A stretch of DNA of 64,000 nt from Mytilus californianus (lineage: Eukaryota), in assembly GCF_021869535.1 (NCBI RefSeq), contig NW_026262745.1, positions 77,500,001 through 77,564,000 of the forward strand. The letters run 5' to 3'. A program made the translations under genes and the position numbers. This document shows positions 13,701 through 25,846 of the stretch, piece after piece. The notes beneath the pieces are model-generated. The model had not been told where the DNA came from, did no database searches, and was given only the letters and a program-made list of their open reading frames with translations. Position 1 is the stretch's first letter. Each line of letters starts with the position of its first letter.

Positions 13701-14950
13701 TGGAATAATCCTTGTTTTCATAGTAACTGTATCTGATATATACTTTTTTCTAATTTTATTAATTGGACATATGCGTTCCACATAGTCACTAAACTTTGAA
13801 TTATTCAGTGATGGCATGTCTAATGAAGTTAAAGGGTCATAAATCAGACAATGATAACATAAACCGACAGAGGGAAAACAAACTTATCAAAATCTATTCA
13901 GATTCAAAAAATAAAATTAGAAATTTAACGCTTTAAATTACCAGATGAATACGAACAAACTATAAAAAGTTGAGTTCTGACACACACGTTTAACCTCGAT
14001 ACAATCTATATGTGCCGGTACATGTCAGGAGCCTGTAATTCACACGATTCGATGGATGTTGTTGGTTGCTTGTCTGTTATATTTGGTTTTCGTTTACTGT
14101 TTAGTAATAGATACATGTAAGTGCGTTGATTTTATTGATTTTTAACTTTTTCACAGTTTGTCGTGTCTGGCCTGTTATAGCTGCCTATATGGTATTGGAT
14201 TCGGTCATTGTTGTTCAGGGCCGTATCGTGACCTATATTTACTTCAATCCACCTAGTTTAGACTATATCTTTAATATTCGATCGATGCACTTCTTTTAAA
14301 GTATAATTCATACATTATTGTGAATACAGAAAGACAGAAAAATAAAACTATTCTACATTTTGTAAACATATATATCTACACAATTGCAACGACAGCATAA
14401 TCAATTGCTCGATTAGTATATTTTAAAAGCAATGACGTCCGTCTGTTTTGAAAGGGTCTTTAACCAATCACAGGTTTTTGCTTAGTCTAATAAAAGTGCT
14501 CCGGAAAGATTTGCAACCTACAATGTATGTTGCAATAATTACATAACATACATTTTTTTTATTAGATCCGTAATTTGATTGGCTGACACCAATAGCGAGG
14601 AAATCCCATATCAAATTTTATTTCCTTATAAAATAAAAGCTATGAATGCACGTCTGCTATTCATGACAATATTTAAACAATGCATATAAAAACAAATAAA
14701 AAGCTTGATATATACCTTAATTTCATTGTTGAAGCATAAACATGTAATTATCAGAACGAAATGCTTCTGTTTACAATTCTATAAGGTTGTAAAATCATTG
14801 ATCGTCCCGACATTTTAGTAAGACTTAAGGGCTTTATACAAAATGTGCTTCGATCAACGCTCTTACACCACAATGAAATTAGAAAAAAAGCATTCAATTC
14901 TTTAATATTATAGACGATGAGTCTCCCAGATAATCTTTACCGATCTTACA

Positions 14951-15032
14951 ATGACAAGTTATACGTTGTATTCTTTTATTCTTTTAGTATGTTCAATCCC
15001 AGATAGAATTTCAGCAGATACCACAGTTTATG
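14951..15032 (+). CDS. Gene B exon 1: probable signal peptide
   Basis: MTSYTLYSFILLVCSIPDRISA-DTTVY, phase-1 donor G|GTATAA, compatible with the phase-1 acceptor at 16697. Confidence 0.6.
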
Positions 15033-16324
15033 GTATAATATGTTTTACTTATAGTGATTTTGCAATCGAGTTTGCACTTTTTATAGCTTTGGATGATCTA
15101 TGAAACTGAACTGAAAAACAAGATAATGCACTATATTTCTATTGTTAAAGACTTCGTAAAAGAGGGGCAAAGACAAACATTTTAATAAAACACTACAACT
15201 ATTGTTAAACAAGGAGATGGTGTGTAATTACCAATGAAACAACCACCACAAGAGTTCAAATGACTTAGATGCACACAATCATAACTTTCTAAACGACCTT
15301 CATTTATAGGCAAAATTCATACAGTATAGTCAACTACATGTATAAAAGGTTTCGACAGGTCATATAATGGGAAACAAAACAAACGAGAAAAAACCAACGG
15401 CCTGATTTATGACACACACAAAAAAAAGTATGAAAGACTGCAACCATCAACAAAAATATCTTTGTATTTCGTAGATCTAAATGCTAATATTACAAAGAAT
15501 TACAATCATGTACAATTATCATAGATGACTGTGTTGTCATCAGGTGTTTCCAACTTTCCATAAAAAAAACTTCAGAAATTGTTCCGATTTTTTTTTTTTT
15601 TTTTTGCCATTTCTGTTTTTTCCACTGTATGATGGAAACCATCAATATGAACCCTCTTGAATATCATAATGTCATAAATCCTTGACGGCATATTCAACTT
15701 TTGGATCTTCAAAATGTACAAGCTAAAACAATCTATGTTTATATGTTATTTGTAGTTATTAGTTGTCAACCTTTCAAATTTTAAGTCTACTCTTCCACAA
15801 AATATTTTAATAGATTTTTTTTTGTATTAAACTTTTGGAAATTCGCCTTGATAACTTGAAAGACAAATTTATTCAGTAGTATAGAGAACAATATTGATAC
15901 TGATTAGTTAGAAGACATATTTGTCTTTCCAAATATGATTTCCAAGTAGGGATTGTAAAGATAAAATGTGACAAAAATTAACGTTAATCAATTGACAGCT
16001 AACACGACAGTGCGTCATGTGTGAAATGGCTGCCGATTTTGATACGAAGAAATAAATACAAATAATCGGATGACGATTTTGACCAAGATTCCATGACACC
16101 ACATGCACGAGCATTTTATTAAATCTAAGGCAAAGGCATGCAAACGTTTTATCGGAGATCGAAATAATTAGTACTAGTCCGTACCAAATTTAAACTATGA
16201 ACATATAAAAAAATATCTAGCATTTTAATTCATTAACAAAATACAACAAGTATCTTTTATGTCGAGGATACTAGTATACTTAAAATTAAAAGTTGTTTCT
16301 TGAGTCAATCGATAAAAAGATAGA

Positions 16325-16495
16325 AATAAGAAAATGATGTATGAGTGCCTATGAGACAACTCTCTATCCAAGTCACAATGTGTAAACAATTATAGGTCAA
16401 AGTACGGCCTACAACACGGAGCCTTGGTTCACACCAAACAGCAAGCTATAAAAGACTCCAAAATGACTAGTGTAAAACAATTCAAACAGGAAAAC
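16325..16495 (+). repeat. High-copy interspersed repeat (AATAAGAAGATGTGGTATGA..GCCAATGAGACAACT family)
   Basis: The same sequence recurs at about 17873, 19125, 36240 and 41887 (+) and 28860, 49740, 50470, 61445 and 62475 (-). Confidence 0.85.
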
Positions 16496-16696
16496 CAGCT
16501 AAACATGCTTACCAGCATTTTTATAAAAATATTACAACCTGCTAAATTGTACTGCACGAACTCCGTAGGACATGCTATATTTTTGTATCATTATTCTATA
16601 AGGTATTTGAAACTAATGGTTTATGGATATGCTTGTATAGATTTCTTATCTTGTATCAATAACTAAAGCTGGTGTTTATTTTATTCTTTATGACAG

Positions 16697-16856
16697 CTGG
16701 TAAAGGCTGGAAAAATAATGCTACGATTTTCGCTGTGAAAGAGAAAGTCACGTGGTATTCAGCAAAAGAAGCGATAAATTGCCAGTTTGGTTTTAATCTT
16801 CTCCACAGGTCTACTCTTTTGAAAACTTTTGCTGAAAATACACAACCATCAGATAA
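16697..16856 (+). CDS. Gene B exon 2: N-terminal half of C-type lectin-like domain
   Basis: Acceptor ttattctttatgacAG; AGKGWKNNATIFAVKEKVTWYSAKEAINCQFGFNLLHRSTLLKTFAENTQPSD(K); W..A...C helix-1 motif; phase-2 donor AA|GTAGGT matches exon 3. Confidence 0.8.
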
Positions 16857-16878
16857 GTAGGTTTTATGATTCATTTAA

Positions 16879-17467
16879 GGTAGATCATAGGTATGTGTTT
16901 CCCGAGATAGAATTTTCTTATACTTTGCCAAAATGAAGCTTTTCCTATGCTCTTTTCAAAAATATAATAAAAATGATAGGTCACCGTGCTATTTTTCAAG
17001 CTATGAGTCGTTGAAAATTGCCTAAATTTGCTTAGAATTATCATAAAAAAAAATTTTTTTGTGCATAAAAAAAAATCTATGAGATAGAATTTTGAAATAA
17101 ATTGTGAGAAGATAGGTTTTATAATATGTTTTAAGAAAATAAAAAGAAAAAATGGTGTCACCGAACTTGTTTTCTTGCTACAAGTAAAAATAAAAAAATT
17201 CCCTATCAGTCCAGTGAAAATTTGTAACTAAAAGAGTTATCTTAAATGGCTTAGTTAAAAAAAAATTGATTCTTAAACACAAATGTTTGGTATTTGTTTA
17301 AATATTTTGAATAATGCAATAAATCAGCAAGTTTTCTTCATATAGATAAACAGTCTAATCAATAAAATTGCATATCTGTTTACAAATTTGCAGATTTGGG
17401 CAAATAACTAGACTGATAGTGAACTGCAATAGTACAATCCAAGATGGCGGTATACCATGAATCTACC
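16879..17467. mobile_element. Kolobok-type MITE in gene B intron 2
   Basis: TTAA-GGTAGATCATAGGTAT...ATACCATGAATCTACC-TTAA: TTAA duplication and purine-purine termini. Confidence 0.8.
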
Positions 17468-17872
17468 TTAACTGATAAATTCATAACATACTTTAATATT
17501 TGTCACAAACAAAATTAATTACAAAAAAAGAGATTCTAATAGGTAAAATTGCCAATGAGACAAAAATCCAAAAAATACTCAAGGACTTGTAAGCAACTTT
17601 AAAAGGTCACCGTACGGCCAATTCAGTGGTTGTCGGTTGTTGCTGTTTATCACATTTGTTCGTCGATTGTTGTACATAAATTTTATCGTTTCTTTGTGTT
17701 TGGGTCTTTTATAGCTTGCTACGCAAAATGGGTTTTGCTAAATGTTTCAGGCCGTATGGTGACCTATACTTGCTAAAATATACGTCATATGGTCTCCGTT
17801 TGATAATTGTCTTAATAGCAATAACTACTTTTTTTATATTTGTAAACTTAACGAATATGCCAGGTTTAATAG

Positions 17873-18070
17873 AAATAAGAAGATGTGGTATGAGTGCCTA
17901 TGAGACAATTCTCCAATCAAGTCAAAATGTGTAAAAATTAAACAATTATAGGTCAAAGTACGGCCTTCAACACGAAGCCTTGGCTCACACCGAAAAGCAA
18001 GCTATAAAGGGCCCCAAAATGGCTAGTGTAAAACAATACAAACAGGAAAACCAACAGTCTAATCTATATA
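17873..18070 (+). repeat. High-copy interspersed repeat (same family as 16325)
   Basis: Near-identical to 16325-16495 and 41887 onward. Confidence 0.85.
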
Positions 18071-18154
18071 AACATGTCTGTTCTCTTTTGTTATGTAGTT
18101 TTATGTTTTGTCTCGTCAATGTCAATCTAAAATCTAATTTTGTTCCTATTACAG

Positions 18155-18372
18155 GTTAAATGATTCCATCGTTTGGATAGGAGCAATCAAATCAGAATAT
18201 GATGGACATCTATATTATTCAGACACGTGTAACCGAATTAATCTGGATTACATGGATTTTCCAAAATTGCCCGGAAAAAGAGAGTGTGTTTTCCTGAACA
18301 TATCTGTCAAAACACTGTTGTTCGGATATGCCGATTGCATGGCCCTGCATCCGTATTTATGTTTGTCTATTA
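18155..18372 (+). CDS. Gene B exon 3: C-terminal half of C-type lectin-like domain
   Basis: Acceptor tttgttcctattacAG; LNDSIVWIGAIKSEYDGHLYYSDTCNRINLDYMDFPKLPGKRECVFLNISVKTLLFGYADCMALHPYLCLSI; WIG motif and ECV..DC..Y.C pattern; phase-1 donor A|GTAAGT. Confidence 0.9.
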
Positions 18373-19124
18373 GTAAGTATTATTTTAATTCACATTCGTA
18401 CCGGTCATTGAAATTATATGAATACTTAATAGTATGTTAACAATAATACTTTATGAATTGGATCCCAAATTTTGTCTGTAGTATAGTAATATGATCAGCA
18501 TAGACCTCTACTTACAAAGGTTTAACTCTTACTAAAATAAGCGGCCATTTGGTCGTACATGATGTACAATGTATGAATACGCAGTCACTTCCGATTGGAA
18601 TGGATCCCCACATTATCTATACATTATTGTTGGCTGAATTTTTGGTTTTAGATAAAATTTCTGAATATTTATCTTATTTTTACTTAACTTATGGGTTCTG
18701 GCTATTATCCATAATATTTTACAATAACAGTAGTTTATATGTGATGCCCCTCGAATAAAATACCAGTAGTTTATATATGATGTCCCTCGAATAGATAGGC
18801 ATCATATATTAACTACTGTTATTGTAAAATCCTACGGATCAGAGCAAGTACACATTGAATAAGTGAAAATAAGTTACAATATCAAGGAATATTTACCTAA
18901 AAATATTAAAAACAAATACAAATACATAGGAAGGGCCATTACCAAAATGTCTGTAAACTTAACCTCCACTGTTAAAACTTGAATTCATGTTAGGGCTATA
19001 AAAATATGAATAATTAAAACAAACAAGAAGGAACTTCTACCTATGTCGATAGATATTGAAAATTTGGACTGTCACAATGTAGATATATATGTATTATGAG
19101 TGGGGAGAGAAATTCAGTCGTAAA

Positions 19125-19310
19125 AAATAAGAAGATGTGGTATGATTGCCAATGAGACAACTCTCCATCCAAGTCACAATGAATAAAAAGTTAACAATTA
19201 TAGGTCAAAGTACGGCCCTCAATACGGGGCCTTGGCTCACAACAAACAACAAGCTTTAAAAGGCCCCCACAATGACTAGTGTAAAACAATTCAAATAGGA
19301 AAACCAACGG

Positions 19311-19341
<31 letters not shown>

Positions 19342-19670
19342 AACAACGAGACACGAGAAACACATATAAACCACACCAACAAACTACAACCACTGAACAA
19401 AATGCTCCTGACTAAGGACAGGTGCATAAAAATGCAGCGGATTTAAACAAGTTTGCTGGCGCCCAACCTTCTCCGTAACCTGAACAGTGGTGTAACAATA
19501 CAACATAAGAACAAAAGATAATATTCAGTTGAAAAGGGTTTAACGACTCAGATCGATACAAAGCAGAAAAGCAACTAACACAAACACAGACGGGTCGTGG
19601 CAGGGTTTTTATATATCCCCACAACAAACAAGACCGTACGTACCGATCTGAGAGTACTCGCATGATACTA
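19125..19670 (+). repeat. Long version of the high-copy repeat with internal (TA)n
   Basis: Colinear with 41887-42260; ends in GAGAGTACTCGCA as at 42638; (TA)n at about 19316-19340. Confidence 0.8.
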
Positions 19671-19925
19671 TAGGCAACGTAGTGAACCTTGCCTAAGACT
19701 CATTTATTGCAAACGTTTAATTATCGTACTTTCTTAGTGTAACACTAACCTTTTTCGATTACACAATAAAAGTAAACCAAATAAGTGTGCACACAATAAG
19801 TGTTGCTGCAAAAAAAATGTTAGTTTCGAACTAAAAATATTGACTTTTTTTCTAAATTTATCTCACTCCTCAAACATTGTCGTAAAAGGAATAGTAATAC
19901 ATATATGTGTTGTACTTTTTCTTAG

Positions 19926-20204
19926 ATGAACTCATTGAACCGGTAGTATTTGAAAACGTTACTGTTCAATCGTACTCCGGTTATAATGTTGAAATGATAC
20001 AAAAGGGCAACACAAAGGATTGGGAAAACTGTACAAACGTCTGCACAATTGCTATGAATTGTATTGCGGCTTTGTTCAGTTGGACTGCAAATTATTGCGT
20101 TTTGTATAAGGATCGTGTCTCAGGAGAATTCGAAAACAAAAATGAGTTGTTGATATCGAATGTGACGGAAAAGACAAAGTTCTATCTTAGTTCATGGAAA
20201 AGAA
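19926..20204 (+). CDS. Gene B exon 4: PAN/apple-like domain
   Basis: Acceptor ctttttcttAG; 279 nt, phase 1-1; ..DWENCTNVCTIAMNCIAALFSWTANYCVLY.. fits the C-x3-C-x5-C...C-x-L PAN pattern; donor A|GTATGT. Confidence 0.85.
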
Positions 20205-20707
20205 GTATGTATTATAGTCGGAAGCTGTTCCTTCTTTAGTGGTACATAAAGTTTGAAACATTCATGTTACCCGATGTGTATGTCATTGAGTGAAATTCTT
20301 ATTATTTTCGCCTTTTTGTTATGTTATAGAATAAATACTGCTACCAAGCTATCCCTACAAATGGATGAGAGACTAGAATAACTTATTTTTGAAAGACTAT
20401 AATCATCTCTGCTTAGATGGTTAGAATGACTGCTATTTGAAAGAATACTATAGAATGAACGATTTAAATATCTACTGCTTGACATGCTATTACTACTACT
20501 GAATGATAGACTAGAATAAATACTGCTTGCAGTGCTATCATCACCATGAAAATGAATATTGTAATAGATAATCATGCAACATTATCAAATTAATATTCAG
20601 TGCATTTTTTTTTTACCAAGTCATGTATAATTACAATGTGTATGTATTTATATTTATATTTTCATTTTTATTTTTATTTTATTTTTTAGTTTTCTTTGAA
20701 ATAATAG

Positions 20708-20752
20708 AAACTGGAAGCACTAACCCCTTACTAAACGACAACAGCTTTAAAT
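20708..20752 (+). CDS. Gene B candidate micro-exon (45 nt, stalk)
   Basis: Long T tract then taatAG; (K)TGSTNPLLNDNSFK; donor T|GTATGT; symmetrical phase 1-1. Confidence 0.45.
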
Positions 20753-21669
20753 GTATGTAACTTAGATAAGCTACAATTGAACTATCTAAAATAGATTGCT
20801 TTGTACACGTATGTTTTTTTTTATGTTTCATTGTAATATTGAAAGGTTAAATTGATTCGTCTGCTGTCTTATATTTTGTAATTTTTGCAAGCAATTATTG
20901 GAAAAATTATTACTACATGCACGTAAAATGAACGGTGTAGAAATTAATAAAACAGAGGCCAAGGGTCAAGTATAAACAAGGCAAATGATATGTTAAGGGC
21001 ATATGATACAGTTACAACTGAGGTCATTTAACGTTTATTTTTGCGATTTCAAAATGTGACATATTTGGAAAAGATGTATGTTTCCACTGATTTTAATCAT
21101 TAGCTAGAAAAGGAGTACATGGAATCCTGCTTTTTTAATAAAATTGCATAATTATGTAGGAAGATTATTGTACCAATTTTATGAAAAATTCACCGATGAT
21201 TTGATAAGGATACAGCAAAAATAAATTACGTTTTTTCCTCTTCTAAAATCTTGAAAATGAAAAAAAAAAACAAAAAAAAAACGGATAATTTTTAGTCAAA
21301 TTTAGAGCATACTTATATGGAAAGATATTTGAAATGGTTTTACAAAAATACGCTAGTGTTTATCTTTTGAAACAAAAAAGTCATGTATGTCCGTCAAAAG
21401 GATAGATCGTCCTGAATATTTGTGAAATATTTGCCACTGGACGTTAAGCAACAATCAATCAAAAACGGTAAGCAACAATCAATCAAATAATCAAAAGGAT
21501 AGAAATGTTAGAAAAACGGAGTACATGTAAATGTCCTAAATTTTAACCCACTTATCTCTAAAAGTAGCACATGCAAGTGTATTTTTATAACGTATTTGAA
21601 TTTACTAAGTAAAGAACAGCTTGTATTCAAATTTTTGTAAAGACATGGCCTAAAGAGTTGTGTATATAG

Positions 21670-22560
21670 ACACTAACAGAAACCATAAAGAAACATGCCA
21701 TACTTAGGGGGGAAATGATTGAAACTTATATAAAGTGCATCATAAATTTTGTAAAACTGTTCTTGGATTTAAAAAAACCTCATGTAATATAGATGCAAAG
21801 TCTGAGTTAGGACGGTTTCCACTTGACTCCTTTATAAAAACTCAAGTTTTATCATACTTTTGTAGAATTAACTGCCATGAAATAAACCCTTTTGTTCAAG
21901 AAGCTTCCAAAGTAAATAAGTCTATGTTTGAAGATGGAATATATACTTGGTACACTTTTGCAAGCACATTTTTAAAGAATTTGATATTGATGAAAAAAAA
22001 TATGTTGATTTTGATAAACCTTTTAAACTTATAAAAAATTCACTTAAAAACACTTTTAAACATATTGTTAAAGAAAATTATGATAAAATCACTCTTGAAA
22101 AGCTTTCAAATATCGATGACAGTTTAAAACTTTACCTTTATAGTAAACTTAAAAATGAAATTAAACTGGATGACTACTAAATCTAAACAATTAAAATAGT
22201 CATCAACTTTTAACAAAATTCCGTGTAAGTGGCCATAACTTGGAAATTGAAATAGGTCGATATAAAAAATTCAAAGAGAACACAGAGTGTGTAAAGTTTG
22301 TAAAATTTTAGATGATGAGGAACACTTTTTTCTTCATTGCCTGCCAAATCAACAGTAATATTAGAAATCCCTTTATAAATGCAATTAAAACCCATAATCA
22401 TAATTTTAACCAGCTTGACTCAAACTATAAACTAAAAACTATTTTAGATCCCAATAAAGATATTTTGTCTAGTGTTGTAGGCTGTATAAAGCAATCCATG
22501 GAATTGCGAAAATAAGGTCCACATTGGTCAATTATCTTTATACTTATATATACATTATTA
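21670..22560 (+). mobile_element. Non-LTR retrotransposon (LINE) ORF2 3' end, frameshifted; clade possibly RTE-X-like
   Basis: HKFCKTVLG..SELGRFPL..; LEIEIGRYKKIQREHRVCKVCKILDDEEHFFLHC-type C-terminal zinc motif spread over several frames. Confidence 0.8.
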
Positions 22561-22788
22561 ATATTAACTTGACTTGTTTAACACTTATTTCATGTATTGT
22601 ATGTCTCTTGTAGATATTATGTTTGCGTTTTAACCCGTCAGTGTTTTACTTTTTGCAATAACTAAAAAATAAATTATATAACTGGGAATGTCAAAATATA
22701 ATCTTGAACATGTTCACTATTTCATGTAGGCAAATTACATTAATCAAATGAAATTTGAATGATCCTGTAAATTATATTTACAAAACAG

Positions 22789-22830
22789 GTTTTGTGAATT
22801 CTTCTGAGACTACAACTGAACTAGTACAAA
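22789..22830 (+). CDS. Gene B candidate micro-exon (42 nt, Ser/Thr stalk)
   Basis: aaaacAG|GT TTT GTG AAT TCT TCT GAG ACT ACA ACT GAA CTA GTA CAA A|GTAAGT = FVNSSETTTELVQ; consensus donor, phase 1-1, N-glycosylation sequon NSS. Confidence 0.6.
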
Positions 22831-22881
22831 GTAAGTTTTAAAAAAAATTATACCTTAAGCACAACTAAATTGTATTGAGTA

Positions 22882-23071
22882 CTTTGGATTCATTTATTTT
22901 CGTGGATACCAATTTTCGTGGATTGAGAAAAACTTACATCCGTGGATTTGCCAAAGTCTGCATACAACCTTATAGAAAATGTGTTATTCGTTGAACATTT
23001 AAATTCGTGGTTTAATTGTACCCACGAAATCCACGAAAATTTGTATCCTACGAATAATAATGAATTTACGA
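22882..23071. mobile_element. Second, inverted copy of the mariner-type MITE at 5836
   Basis: TACTTTGGATTCATTTATTTTCGTGG...ACGAATAATAATGAATTTACG matches the reverse complement of 5836-6046. Confidence 0.75.
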
Positions 23072-24041
23072 TATTACAGACATAGCATTCATACTACATC
23101 TTTCATTGGCAGTATCCATATGTCAAGGAAACCAAAACCTATAGATTTTTAAAATCTTGATTGTATTTCTATTTCAATACGTAAAAGGTATCGATACGAA
23201 AATATTAAACCAACTGCGGAAACAAGAACATCAAATGGATGTCAACACAAACAAAGCCAATCAAATGTATACTATCTTTTATGGTAAATACATGATTTAT
23301 AAATCGCTGGTAAAATTTTCGATAAATGATACTTATTACTTCTACTAAAAATATGTTATATTTCGCATACTTTGTATACGCCTGTTTATGGGACCTATAA
23401 TGGTATATCGTTGTTCGTCCGTCCGTCCGTCGTCAACACTGCTATTCCCACAACTCCCACTTTGGACGGTTATAGAATTTTATTCTTTCAAAAATCAAGG
23501 CCACAAACTTAGTTAAACTTGAGGTAGCTTCAATAATCCAATATTATTCATGTTTTGTTTTAATAGGAACTACTGTGTGTGTGCATGTCTTTTGTGTGAA
23601 GCCTTGTGTACAAGTGTGTTTTATAACAAATGAGTATAAAATGCAATACGTAACCTTTTAATTCTTTGGAAATACTTTTTTTTATAATTAATATTCATTG
23701 CAATGTCAACTTTGTCATTCCCCAACAAAGGTAGACGTGTCATACACCATTTTAAAGATGATTAAATGCAGATTAACGCCATGACAAGAATATTTAGTGA
23801 AATAGACGATCTCGGAATAAGCTCAAATTCAGGACCGATTGCCATTTTAAAAAATGCGAGAGGGTACCTTGTGTTATATAAAGGTAAACAGGTTTTTTTC
23901 AGAGACGAGTGCCTGTGTGCTTATTACACTAAAATGATAATTACCACTTTATAACTATAAACAAAATGTACAAATGTGGCTTATATAATTTTGAACAAAT
24001 ATATTATTTATTGAAAACAATGTACATTTTATTTCAAACAG

Positions 24042-24358
24042 CGACGACGACAACCACAACATCAGTATGTACATGTACATTAAATGACTGCAGAAGTTTT
24101 AAAAACTCAACAGAAATACTTGAGATGATAGAAGATATAAAGAAGAACTTATATATTGATAAACAACAATTATCATCAACAAAAAGAAAACTGCAATCAG
24201 CTGAGGATCCCCGCACTTCATCAAAATCTATTGGATTGTTTGGAGTAGCCATTCTAACGTCTGTATTACTAACAATTGTCTTAGCAGATGTTCCAAGGTT
24301 GTTAAGTTTCATTAAGAATGCAAGCATAAACAAGATAAATGATCACTTGGAACCTTGA
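24042..24358 (+). CDS. Gene B last exon: Thr run, CxC..C, coiled-coil-like segment, TM helix, short tail
   Basis: Acceptor atttcaaacAG, phase 1; TTTTTTSVCTCTLNDCRSFKNSTEILEMIEDIKKNLYIDKQQLSSTKRKLQSAEDPRTSSKSIG-LFGVAILTSVLLTIVLA-DVPRLLSFIKNASINKINDHLEP*. The five main exons total 1056 nt (351 aa + stop). Confidence 0.9.
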
Positions 24359-25609
24359 AATACTTTTCACTGGACGACTTTAAATTGATAATTGTTTACA
24401 TCCTCGTTCTTTGTTCAATGCATGGCTGATAGTTTTTTTTTTTTCATTTTCAATCAAAACATATAGTATATAACTGTTTAATCTGAGATTTTAGAGTTGT
24501 ATTGTCATTGCATCGGAATTGACATTGTATTAATTTAAAAACTCTAATGACGTCATGAAAAATGTCTTTTAAAAGCAGCTTCCAGAGACTGCAATTGCAG
24601 TTATTATTTCCGAAGTTGTCTTACAGATTTAATAGTTTTCTCCTGGTCGTCTTACTGGTAACATGGTTAGTTTGGGTATATATTCAGTGCTAACTACACA
24701 CATGTAGGATGGCATGATACTAAAACCCCTAACGGTAGGGAGTATGCTTTATTTTCATATGAAGACATAATCTTTCGATCAGTTTATTTGAGGTCTGGAG
24801 CTGGCATGTCAGTAACTGCTAGTACACAGGTAAAATAGAAGTTATGAAATACGTCCGTAAAACATCCGTATCACGGACTTTTTTCGGAGAAACAGTACCA
24901 CGTCCGTAAAACAGATCTTCCGTATTACAGACGTTCTAAAACATCCGTTTTACGGACGTTTCTGAAACATCCGTATTGCGGCTGTAAAAGTACATGTTTT
25001 ATTTTCAATAAAAAAAGCATTGTATAATATTGCCTCATACATTTCTGTCATTGTAACATTAAGAAACTGATACATCAACACGCAAAAATGGTTTAAAAGA
25101 AAAAATTACGTTTTGATTTATTATAAAGTTTTTGACATCCAGTCATGAATTAAGGATATACTGCTCTGCAAATATAGCATGAATATAGCTTTTGGGTTTT
25201 TGTGTTACTGGTTTGCTTCATAGTAAAGGTGCCATGCATGATGTATCTATGAAGGTCAATACAAGTAAATGTCATATATATATCGAGCGATATGCGTAAA
25301 TCGCATGATCTTCACGAGTGCTTTTCAGAGTATTTTAATATGTGTATCACATATTGTAAGTATTGTACTCTCAAGAATATGTGTACAGTGTGCTTAAATC
25401 CTGATATATATCACATTTATAAGTAATCTGAAGGCATGTTTTACATATAAATGAACTACTACATGTAATATGTGTATGGCAAATATCTGCATTACGTATG
25501 GAAAGATATACATCGTTGAGACAGCAACCCAGTGACAAAAAACCCAAACAAACAACATATATGTAAAGACGTCATAACACGCATATTTGAAGGTTTTACT
25601 AATATATCA

Positions 25610-25846
25610 AATTGATAACCTTTAAGAATAAGTTTATTCAAATGATCAATGAGTTTTCATGGATCGTTTCCAAATTTACGGGCCTTATAAACATCATCAC
25701 TGTACAAATTAGGATGCGATTTCTCATTTTTGATAAGAATTCTACAGGTACAGCAAAACTTTCTAACCCAATCTGCGTAACTGTGAAAGAATTTGGTGAA
25801 GATTTTATTTAATTTAGAGTAACGAAATCCCTGACTTCATAACTTA
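25610..25846 (-). mobile_element. PLE fragment (RT C-terminal region)
   Basis: Reverse strand reads GKL*SQGFRYSKLNKIFTKFFHSY, the same motif as KLLSQGFRYH at 43172-43372. Confidence 0.7.

Noticed and set aside
14410-14905. Crypton-like repeat just upstream of gene B ATG containing CCAAT-like boxes
   Set aside because: Resembles a non-autonomous repeat but the ends and any promoter role cannot be supported from sequence alone.
23187-23283. Possible additional phase 1-1 exon of gene B (IDTKILNQLRKQ..)
   Set aside because: Acceptor lacks an adjacent pyrimidine tract; composition does not fit the stalk; chance is plausible.
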